64,000 bases of DNA, from NCBI GenBank assembly GCA_030141605.1, contig JAQGDQ010000326.1, forward strand, positions 124,001 to 188,000. Reading direction: 5' to 3'. Both the position numbers and the translations under genes were made by a program. The notes beneath the pieces were generated by a model. That model saw only the letters and a program-made list of their open reading frames with translations. It was not told where the DNA came from and searched no databases. Shown in pieces: positions 52,740 through 64,000 of this stretch (its first letter is position 1; each line of letters starts with the position of its first letter). The DNA comes from Tubiluchus corallicola (taxonomy: Eukaryota > Animalia > Priapulida).

Positions 52740-55700
52740 TATATGGTAAGAACAATTAAATTCGATTTCAAATTCAGTTTATTTCACTAGTTAACTACAA
52801 TTACAAATACATATACAAATTATTACTGTGCAACTGAAAAAAACTAAAGTAAATTTAAAAAGTGTACAGCTGTGACACATCAAACATACTTTGCGATTGA
52901 AGTTTGCTGGATGGTAGCTATGAAGGAACTGCCATGAATTGTGAAATAAAGATGGAAGATTGTGAGGAAAGAGAGCCTTTGAGAGAAGAAAATAATAAAG
53001 AGCTATAAAGGAGTTAGTTGAAAGTCAGAGAGAAAAATGTCTAAAAGGAAACAAAATTTGAACAGGTTGTAATTGCTTTTTCTGAAAGAACTGAAATCAG
53101 GCTGAAACAAATCAGGCTGAAAGTAAATTCCACGTACCAATTCCATTTGTACCAAGTTAGATTTACTGCTCATTCAATTTTAGTGTTTTAAATTGGTTGC
53201 TATTATCACCGAGTTGAATTGAAAGCAAAATTAAATGCATCTGGCTATTCTTACACATGTTTTAATGCAAACTATGATGTTTGCATTAGTGCCTTTACGT
53301 GATTAATGACATTCAAAGTAAAATGGCACAGCAAAAGATCAGGAAATCACGAATGAAGATTAGAGCCCAAAAAGCGGTTTTTAAGATGAACAAACGTGAG
53401 GATAACCATTAGCCAGAAAGGCAAACATCGCTTTCTCTTTACTTTCAAACAATCTTAAAATCAGAAATGAAAAACTACAAGACATCTGACAGCAAAAAGC
53501 ATTGAAAGAAGGAATTACAGTCAAAGCTGATGGCAAAAAGCAATGACATCATTGATGTTGGACGATCAGAAGTGGACACAAACAGAAAACGATGAACAAA
53601 CGCACACGACAAAAACCGCATATTGCAAATCAATTCACGGTCTTTGAGAATCAATCCGTGCTCTTTGAGAATTGTTGAGTGGATTGAGAAAAGATGGCAT
53701 TGTCATCGGCCGCGTTTGATAATCTCAGACGAATTAGCACTTTTGCTCGGCAAATATGCGCTGGTAATGATTTCTAGACGATATCCTTTAGCTAATTCTC
53801 ATGTGTAATAACATCATCGGCAAAACACAAATGTTACAGGACAAAGCCACGCGACGCTTTCACGATTATTAATTTCAAACAAATGTTACGCCATTGCCTC
53901 AAAGAACGTGCCGACCCTACTAAGCTCCATATCAGAAAACGTTAGCAATTGTTGCACGATTTTCATGCTTCGTATTTAGCTTGATCATGCTGTTAGCTAC
54001 GTTTGTCAGACGTATTTTTAAAATGTTGTGATATAAAATGTCATTATTTGTTTATTCGGGATGCATTCAAATATATATGTAGCTGTATGTTCTTCAACTA
54101 AAATTGTAACAGCCTGACCCTCTCCAAATACTCGAACAAAAATTTGGCACAATTTGAAGTGCAATACCTGCTAAAACAGATTTAAACCAGTATGTATAGC
54201 TACTTTTAATGAGAAACACATTCCTAACATTAGTGAAATATTTAGAAACGTTGGTATCATACCTGTATTTGTCAGTTGTAAAAATTTATATTCTGTCTTA
54301 TGAAGAAGGGAAACTGGAGAGCCAGGCTGGCTCAGTCCAGTATTGTTTTAAATGAAACAGTTGTGGCAGTTTGTATATTACATAGATAGCAAGGCAGCTA
54401 CATTTCGATGTTTTGAGCAGGCGAGTGAAAACACAAAAGCCTAAAAGTCAGCGCCACATTCCCCACTCACATTTTTATAATCTAGGAATAAGTGAGGACA
54501 TGTTCACAGTTATTGATAAAGCAAAATCTAAATTTAATAATAACAAGAGATTAAGTAATAAAAGAAGCTTCCTATATTAATAGACTCAAACTTAATTTGA
54601 GCAGCTAAGCTGAAAACTATACCTATGTTTTACTTTTTTTATTATGAAATAATTAACATTCCAAATCTTAGATGTCCTTGTAATAATACACATTTTAAAC
54701 TGACTTAGAATGACTCAGTTCTACTAAAGCACCTAAAGATGCTAATGGATATTAGCGAAACGTTCTGATCTAATCTATTTTAATGAATATTAGCTTGCAA
54801 TTTACCTACACATAAAATAGTGAGAACTGTGGCCCTGCTTATATAACCAACTAAAACGATATTTTCATAAACATTTTTTAAATTTAATTATTGAATTGTT
54901 TATTTCGGAATCTGGTTCACAAACCACAAATACATAAATATAAGGATAAAAAACACTATCAAAACAACTTTAAAACTGATTTACAGTATAGTACATAGGT
55001 ATGATTACGTATTCATTATAAATAAAATCGTCCTCCGTTTTCTAAAAACGCAAGAATTCTTACTGATGTCAGAATCTAAATTGCATTGTATCAAAATATT
55101 ACTAATAGAGAGTTCTAATCGATTTTTAGCAGAATAAACATCTTTTCATATGATTACGTCAAAGTGCTGAATTTGAAAGTTGACACACATTTGACTAGTG
55201 TTGCAACCATATTATTGTTTTATACTCCAGTGTACTTGCTACTGTGTATATATCATGATCACGATCTACTTTCCTTGTAACAATGGCTGCTGTCCTGAAC
55301 AACTTATTGTAGGCTATGCATTTAATTATATTAAAACGTGTGACGTAAACACCAGCTAAAATTCCAGAAAGTGACATCTATAATTAACTAATGCGTTATA
55401 GGATTTATTCCAAGATTACCATTGAAGTCACAAGACCGCCTACTGATAGACCTGTGCACGGGACGCAGTCGACTGATTTTAATTATTTTAATTTTCTACT
55501 GCTGTCCTTTTGTCTGGCAGTTTAATTTGCTTAATGCAACCACAGACTGCTTTAATCTTGACAGCTATACAAAATTCAACAGATTTCAACCACTTAACTT
55601 CAACTGTTGGGCTTCAGTTGCTGAAATCAAACGTGGGAGAGAATGACAAAGCGTACTCGTAAAACTGAATTGCGCAGCTCATTTCAAAATTTTATCAGCA

Positions 55701-56196
55701 AGAACTCATACTATAATGCCTGTCACTGCTTCTGACAAAAACTAATACAAATTGAAAAAAATGTATGTCTTCCAAAATGTAGTAATAATTGACTAGTGTA
55801 AGTAGCTGTAAGTGTTAACACAATGTTTTCACAAGTCGCGTCAATGTAGCAATTGTTGAAATGTCTGTCACCAGTCTAGCCCCAATGCGAGGAACACTTT
55901 TACAATCTTTCGTACGAATAAACACGATGTTTACAGGCCTGAAGCTTACTAGACAAACACACCTAATTGAGGTGAAGCATAGTAGAACTGAAACTCAATA
56001 GGATTTAATGAATTATAACCCCAGTAGGACCAACAATGTAAATGTCCTAGTGGACTCAGATCCAAGAAGCTCCAGTCAAAAGCTTCAAGGTGGCCAAATT
56101 TCATTCCTCTTCTACCATCAGTCTGACGTCGTTGCTTTTTACTGGTAAGAAAAGATGGTGATGGTGGCAATAAGGGCAAGATAAGAACATAAGGAC

Positions 56197-56248
<52 letters not shown>

Positions 56249-56300
56249 CAATGACAATGATGATGGTGACGACGATGACGATGACGACGACGATGAAGAT
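56197..56300. repeat. (GAT)n/(GAC)n microsatellite
   Basis: Directly visible. Confidence 0.95.
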
Positions 56301-57532
56301 GGGATTCACGGTTATGAAAAGGATAATGATGAAAACAGTGATGATGTTATGGCGATGGTGACAATAATCGCTGCTAATAAATCCGTTATCTTGCATATTT
56401 AATAACTGTGTTTTTTCTGCATTAAATTTCAGTTGAAGCAAAATACATGTTCGACAACTATCAACACAAATGAATGCAGACTTCTTACACGCAAAGGCAT
56501 TTTCTCGGCTTTACAAAAAAACGATGAATCTGAATAATATAAGCTTATCCTGCGTATTCTTTGCAAAGCTTTCTGTTTTAACAAGAATCTAGCTTTTTGG
56601 CACAAACGTAATCAGAGAAAAGCTTAGTATGAGACCCTTTGTTTTATTCGAAAGCTAATTAATGATGCCAGCACAAAGAAGTATTGAAACAAAAGACTAA
56701 AACGAGCTATCCGTTTTCATTTCTATTATTTCGTATGTGCTTAAGATGGCGTCATTGCATCTCATACTTTTGTTTTAAACTAATATCGATTCATGTTGTT
56801 CAAAGACTTTGGTGATAGAGTTATGAGTCGCTTTTACATGAAAACAAAAACCAAGCCGCAGATTCAAAACAAACAATGGATGTTTTGTAAGGGCGAATGC
56901 AGGACAGCATTGTTAAGAGTTTCATGTCGTGTTTTAACAACGTTTAACTGCCATGTTTTTGCAGCGCCCTCTATGTCTATGATGCATCTTCATTCATGTT
57001 GAAAACAACACTTTATTCTATCGCTCATAATAATCGAATGCCACTGAAAATTCGAAGCATTTAAAATAAGTTGTTAGCAATATTGGCAGCCCTGCGCTGC
57101 TGGCTATAAAATATGTAGGCATTAAAGTAATAAACGAAAAATTATTTTGTGCTAATACGGTTTCGGCGGTGAAAATAGAGAAATATCGAATTTTCTTTAT
57201 TTCAGCTGATGGCGGTTTTAATTTGAGGAAAACGTCGTTTAATGTTGGTCAAAAGAGAATAATCGAAGTAAAACAGCTTTCAGAGTTTCAATTGAACAGC
57301 TCGAAGATTTTTTTGGAATGGAGTATTGCAGTTTATGCACTCAAGCACAATAACTAACATAGATGTTGCATAATATATAATTATCGCACGCCGTTTGAGA
57401 AAAAGGTACGTAGTAAAGAATGCTGAAGAGTTTAATAAGACAAAAGGCAGTAAATAATTTCAATTTGATTAACCAATGGCGGGTATAAACATTCGTTGCT
57501 TTTAAAATTTGACTATCATTTACAGTTGTTTC

Positions 57533-57594
57533 CTGTTGCTGCTGCGGTTGTTGTTGTTGTTGTTGTTGTTGTTGTTGCTGTTGTTGCTGTTGCT

Positions 57595-57666
<72 letters not shown>

Positions 57667-57738
57667 ATTGTTGCTGTTGTTGTTGTTGTTGCTATTGTTC
57701 TTGTTGTTACTGCTGTTGCTATTATTTGTTGTTGTTGC

Positions 57739-57773
<35 letters not shown>

Positions 57774-57832
57774 TTGTCGTCGTCGTCGTCGTCGTTGTTG
57801 TTGTTGCTGTTGTTATCTGTTGCTGCTGCTGT
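57533..57832. repeat. compound (GTT)(GTA)(GCT)(GTC) microsatellite
   Basis: Directly visible. Confidence 0.95.
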
Positions 57833-58494
57833 TTGTGGCCATCATTGAAATAAATTAAAATTATGCCAGGATAATGAAGTATTCGCTCAAGTTTACTCAC
57901 AAGATACCATGTCAAGAAAGTAAAACATTTATTGAATAGAAAGAAAACCCTAAGTTAATTCAGTAGTCATTCATTAAAATCTGTAATCACGCTTTCAGGG
58001 TTCACACACCATCAAATATGGTCATTAGTCTCGTAACAGCTAATACAAGAGCCGTCGGTTTACATCACAGAAGAACAAATTCAAACTCCAGCAGGCTGAT
58101 CAGATATTACTGAGCACTGTCACATCATGTTTGAAAATTTAACTCACATTCGACGGCGCAGGATAATCTACATATAATCCATGCATATTTCGATTAGTAT
58201 ATTCCTCTGCCTTTGAACAAGAAAGGCAGGAAAATTTCATTTCAATCACCTTATGATAAATTGAAATAAGCTGCTTGTCGCAAGTCATTTGAAGATGAAC
58301 GCTGACGGCGGGTAGAAAGAGAGTCCCATCTGCATAATGTAAGCGTATTTCTTATCTAATTTGTTTGTTAGATGTAGTTGCTTTTTGTCATTGCAAAATC
58401 GCATGCTTGGCAATAGTGATGTGGCGTTGTTAATGATGTTAATGCTATGGCTGGTACTACTGACTCTGCTGCTGCTGCCAGTGTTACTGACATC

Positions 58495-58860
<366 letters not shown>

Positions 58861-60374
58861 CTACTACAACTGCTGTTTTTGTTGTTGCTGTCACGGTCGT
58901 TGTCAGTGTCGCTATAACTCTTGTGACTGTTGTCGTTGTTGTAATTATTGCTCTTGTTAGTTGCTATTTATTGTTGACGTCATCGTTGTTGTTGCCTGAA
59001 TTTAGTAATATGGTTCTACCGCCTTGTCTTAAAAATGCATGATTAGCATGGTGAGCTGGATGTGTTATACTAATCATCATAGCATCTTAATGAAAACCTT
59101 CGAATGCTCCCTCTTATCTCACACAATTAAAAACACATTCAAAGTGCGGCGGCACAGATCAAAGCAAGTAAATTAGCATGACCAAATGTAATATTTCGTC
59201 GACAACTTGGAACTGATGCGTGGATGCAAATTAAAAATGCAAACACATTATACAACATTAAACAGCTTGCTAGCATACAATATTGGTGTACGACACAAAA
59301 ATAAAACAAATTTCTTATTTGTATGTGGAAGCTAGGCAAGTGATCTTTTTCTATTACATTGAATGAAATTTCATACAATTGTGAATTTATCAATTTGATT
59401 ATTATTAAAATCATTTCTTCTAAAGTAAATACAGACAAAAAGTGCGAAGTTTTAAAGAATTTTGACTTCGTTATAATTTCGGTCTTTGTAAAAGGTTGAT
59501 ATTGACGATTCAAAGATTGTAAATCAGTACCTGGTAGTATGTATATTTTGATACCTGGCTTTCTTAAGTTCTTGAACAATTGAACAAATAGGCATTAACG
59601 TACATGTTTGTTAACAAATATAACAAATACCACATGAAAGTGACAAGTTTAGGTTGCATATGTGAATATACACTGTTTGGTTTCAAGAAGTTTAATTAAA
59701 AATCTAAAGAATAATGAGACCGCTAGCCAAATCTTAGGCTACTTCTTCTGCCTACCACTAATCTCCAAATATTTCTGGCTTGTCAGTTTAATTTTTCTTT
59801 TATAAATCAGCAACTTTTTATTCAAACCTACAAAACACACCTGTAACCCAACCTGTTACATTGGCAACTTTATGGAAATGCATTAAAACTAATTTCATCA
59901 ATGGCGTACTATACTTGTTTGTTCGCAGCATATAAAATTTATCATCGCAAATGAGCTTTATTGCGAATGAGATTTCCACATAAATTTTGCGGTCATAACG
60001 CTGCGTGTAATCGATTGTCAGCTTTATAAGTTTTCTATAAATACGTCACATAAGTTTGTACAGATATCTAAAACCGGAAGATATCACATTGCGATGCAGG
60101 AAGCTCTACACGTTCCCCACCATTAAATGAACAATGATCAAACTTCATCATTCGATACTCGGTATGTTTATTATTTCAGGCAATTATAATTTTGTATTTT
60201 CTTACACAGTAATATTGCTTGATGGAGCGAAAATGATAAGAATTCGAGAATATCTCATAAACTCTGTTCAATGGCCCAGTACATGTTTTATGTCTAGTAT
60301 CACGCAATTTTTGAATTGAAGGATCTTATATCAATATCAGATTATTTATATCAGATCTATTTTTACTAATAAAA

Positions 60375-60815
60375 CTAGATCACCTTGAAACAGTTTCAAG
60401 GTCACTGCAACAACAATGCTGATGGCGAGTATTGCCCTGTCAGGTTGACGGAGCTCTTGGCACTGCTCGATTTTACATCTATATGTAATATGTACATATG
60501 TAATATGTACGTTCAGAATACGTGCAGATGCAAATTAATTAATATAAAGTTATTATTTTATGATTCACCAACTTGCAAGCTGATTTTGACCTTTAACCTG
60601 TCAATCTATTGAATTTATTGTGTTTGGAAGTTCATTTTTCGAAATTCAAGAGATGTAAATTTCACTGTAACTGTATTATATAAATGACTCACTTCTTTAC
60701 TAAAGTATTCCGTGAAGTTTTGACATTGACCTTTTTATAACTCCAATTGAAATCAGATCAAATGAATTTATTTAAATTATACATACACAGAAACAACAAC
60801 CTATTTATAACAAAT
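60375..60815 (-). mobile_element. non-autonomous Helitron/Helentron-like element
   Basis: Perfect palindrome ACCTTGAAAC-A-GTTTCAAGGT (60382-60402) lies 3 nt from CTAG followed by a T run on the minus strand; internal TTGACCTTT motifs at about 60585 and 60726. The far end is a guess. Confidence 0.45.
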
Positions 60816-61552
60816 TCTAACACGAAAGAGCCAATTTCTAGGATTCACCATGTCTATTGAGAAATTCCTCAAGAAATTCCTAGTTCAGACGCTTAACTTT
60901 AAAAATAACAAATTAACAAACTTTTCTTATTAACAAAAATAATAAATTAGCAAAATCTTGATTTTCTAGAGACCCTGGCCTTACAATTGTTATTATAACA
61001 TGCGAGAACAAGATTTCCTCACCTGATTGCATTGGAGTCAAAGCACACACGATTGCATAATGTGAATAAAAGCTGACTTCTGCTTTACAAACACAGCGAA
61101 AAGTCGAGATTAAAGGCGATTTTAAATCAGTCAGTGACTTGCCGCCAAATAACGACTACTTCGTTACAGACGAAAATTGTGATATTTTCATTAGGCAACA
61201 TGTTTTATTCAGAGCCTCCTGCTCAATCAAACACCGTACACTCAGATTGCTTACGGTAACAAGTTGAAACATATGAATCACAAATTAAATATTAATTTTC
61301 CAAAAGTCAATATCAAAGTATAAATAGGTTGTTTTGTGATGGGTTTAGCTGCAGGCGACTGTGAATGAACGTAATTCTTTGAAAAGGGTGACGGCAATGA
61401 TGAGAGCACTTGGTAGAAATTGGCTTCTTAGTCCAATTACTAGGAAGGTGAAGTTTGATTTTTGGTTTCCCGTTCAAATTTTATTCTAATGTGAGACTTC
61501 AGATGTTGCAGTTATGAAAAAGATGTCAGTCAAGACAACAAGTAAGGCAGAG

Positions 61553-61832
61553 TTTTCTTATCTCTTCTCTTTTTTTCTTTCCTTTCTTTCCTTTCTTTTT
61601 ATCTCTTTCGTTTCGTTTCACTTTTTTCCTTCCCTTTCCTTTTCTTTTCGCTCGTTTCCTTTTCATTTCTTACTTTTCTTTTCTTTCCTTTTTTCTTTTC
61701 TTCTCTTCTCTTTTCTTTTCTTTCCCTTTCTTTTCTTTTCTCTTTTCCGTTCTTTCTTTTTCTTTCCTTTCTCTTCCCTTCCCTTCTCTTCTCTTCTCTT
61801 CTCTTCTCTTCTTTTCTTTCCATCCTTTCCTT
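61553..61832. repeat. CT-rich low-complexity/(CTCTT)n tract
   Basis: Directly visible. Confidence 0.93.
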
Positions 61833-63785
61833 AACAAAAATTATACAAACAGGATTATAAAAGGAGCTTCTAAGTGTCATTTAAAAATAATCTGTCGATC
61901 AAGCGACATATATGTTTTCACCAACTTTGTATATTACCTCTTTATTGTAGATGTGCCAGTCTAGGGAAAACGCTTTCTTCGCAACAAATTTCTAGTGCGA
62001 TTTTTTTTCAAAATTCTTCATTTCAAGCTAAACGTAGCTAGCTTGCAAAAAGAAAATAAGACTGCCCTGAATCTCCTGAAAAATGCAACAATTTTAAATT
62101 TTTCACTTTTGTCTTACTTTTGTTTCACTTTGTCATGGTAGTACTCAAAATAAAAAATAAAAATATAAATCAAAATAAATGCAATTTTTACAAAGTTTTC
62201 GCAGCGACGAAGTACATGAATTGATATCACAAAAAATGTCAAATGTGAAACGAAAAAATTCCCCAGGAAAGATTAATAAAATATAAATAACATCCCTAAT
62301 TGATCAAGAAGAAAAGATTTATGTTCTTTTCTATGGTTTGGCTGTGACATTCATCTGAATATGACTTAGCCTGAGGTCATGAGCAGTGACGCCTGGGAAA
62401 TAGGCGACTTGAAAGAAGGAAGAAAAATTCTAGTTTTCCATTGATCATGTGATTCCTATCGCGACAGTCTCGAAATTATTTTTCTGTAATCGTCCATCGA
62501 AGTTTTTGAATCAAAATGATATTATTTATACGTAAGGTTATTGGCAAAAACCAGTAGTCCACGTGGGCATAATTCTACAATAGGATTGTGGCTTGACGCA
62601 ACAGTAAACAGTGATTGAAATTATCAAAATGAGTTTTGTTTAAACATAGTTTATTTGGTTCAGATCAGACAGTTACTTCAAACTGATACATGCAGAAGTG
62701 CATATAAAATATAGTAATTTAAATACACACAAAAACAGATAGATGTACATACATACAAATACATATATAAACAAAGACATATACATACAAAGTTAGCAGA
62801 GTGGAACACAATGAATAATATAACAATTGAATAGTAACAATAACTGTCTTAAAATTTAATTGTCATATTATCCATAGAGGCAGATTTAACACATCTGCTA
62901 ACTTTGTATGTACATGTCTTTATCATGATGCCTGTGTTTTTGTCATGTCTTTAGAAGATGCCTACCATTAAGGCTCATAAATAAACAAAAAATACTGAAT
63001 ATCATCAGCATTACACAAGTTTAACCCAATGATTCTTTGTATCTTTGTAATCCATCATACGCAGTGTAATCTTTTATAACCACCAGATCATCTTAAGTGT
63101 TTTTATCACGATGTCAGTCTCCCGCCATTTGAACAGTTTCTTTCACATCTGGTATACTGCTAACATAAATATTCGCAAATGATCAAAGCATCCAAATTAC
63201 CATACGGGGACATACAATATAAAATTTACACTCAGCCTACACGCAACACGCATCTTTTTCTGACACTGAAATATCCATTTCTTTCTATTTTCACAGCCGG
63301 GATTGACTTTGTGTAAATAGAGGCTAATATGAATCGGCAATAAATCAAGTATAAATCAACATTTCTGTGTATGCATCTGGCTAAGATATGCGCGCTTGCT
63401 TGTCATTTAAGAAGATTTCTCACACCTATTATGGATAGAGTTTAATTTAAATGCTTTGCGAATGGTTTCTGTTTGACGTAGCAGTTCTGTGGTACCAGAG
63501 TTTCTGATAACGAATCGCTTGTCAAAAGTAATTACTGTGAATTTTTCTAACTGTTTGATTCGGAGATTGCACGGAGGACCTAAAAGTAGGTAGTATGTTA
63601 TACGTCCTCACGCTAAATATTATATCTAAAATATTTCTTGATTAGTTTGTAATGCTACAATTACCAGCACTACACTTACGTGAGACACTCATTGTTGTGT
63701 TGCAGATGTAGATGTAAATATGGTAACTGCAGTCCCACAAACTATTCAGAAAATATTTTAGATACAATGTGTGGTTACGTACCTT

Positions 63786-63915
63786 ATGATTAGCATCAAT
63801 TATTTTCAATTTCATCATGAACTTGACCTTTGTGAAAAGTTCTTAACCTTTGTGACCTGTTTGTGATTAGCATCAATCATTTCCAATTTCAATACGACCT
63901 CGACCTTTGACCTTT
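63786..63915. repeat. ~76-bp tandem duplication with TGACCTTTG motifs (probable TE interior)
   Basis: tgattagcatcaat.att..caatttca....ga.ct.gacctttg occurs at about 63788 and about 63864. Confidence 0.6.
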
Positions 63916-64000
63916 CCTTCCTGCTCTTAAGACATAGAAGAACGACCTGATTTGACTTTGTCTAATTTAGTGATTTTAGCATCTGCAACTTTCCGGACAT

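Noticed and set aside
52780-53160. Possible LINE 3' fragment next to the mariner MITE (similar case at about 62640-63150)
   Set aside because: The composition is suggestive, but I could not read a convincing RT or C-terminal motif, so it is not listed as a feature.
54155-54182. Recursive (ratchet) splice site candidate ctgttttagcag|gtattg in the giant intron
   Set aside because: Weak pyrimidine tract and weak donor. I saw no strong YnCAG|GTAAG on the minus strand; the better-looking one at about 41100 is on the non-transcribed strand.
63680-63726. Exon-like segment ctgcag|...CTCAC|gtaagt on the minus strand
   Set aside because: It is 47 nt, has a poor polypyrimidine tract and shows no DACHbox-N similarity.

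Overview
AT-rich, microsatellite-dense animal (invertebrate bilaterian, probably protostome) genomic DNA. It is not prokaryotic: no operons, rRNA, intact tRNA or CRISPR. Nearly the whole window is one minus-strand gene, dachshund (dac/DACH). I assembled nine GT-AG coding exons by hand with consistent phases (29178-29039, 15036-14820, 11834-11716, 7623-7528, 5798-5601, 5021-4938, 4744-4601, 4279-4214/4206, 3304-3291/3194). They run from the end of DACHbox-N (SRPGRPPKR) through the whole DACHbox-C coiled coil to the stop. The exon(s) for the Ski/Sno/Dac domain were not found, so 29179-64000 is most likely part of one intron longer than 34.8 kb. Almost all long ORFs in the supplied track are microsatellite or minisatellite artefacts. 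The introns carry MITEs, Helitron/Helentron-like remnants, LINE tails and tRNA/5S-derived SINE fragments. The best leads are potential dac isoform switches: two donors 8 nt apart that read the last exon in two frames, a TAA where vertebrate DACH1 (as I recall it) has Tyr, an in-frame alternative donor adding an RRAS motif under competing hairpins, and a 51-nt symmetric cassette-exon candidate. I found no evidence for a new multi-gene system. Repeat boundaries are approximate.
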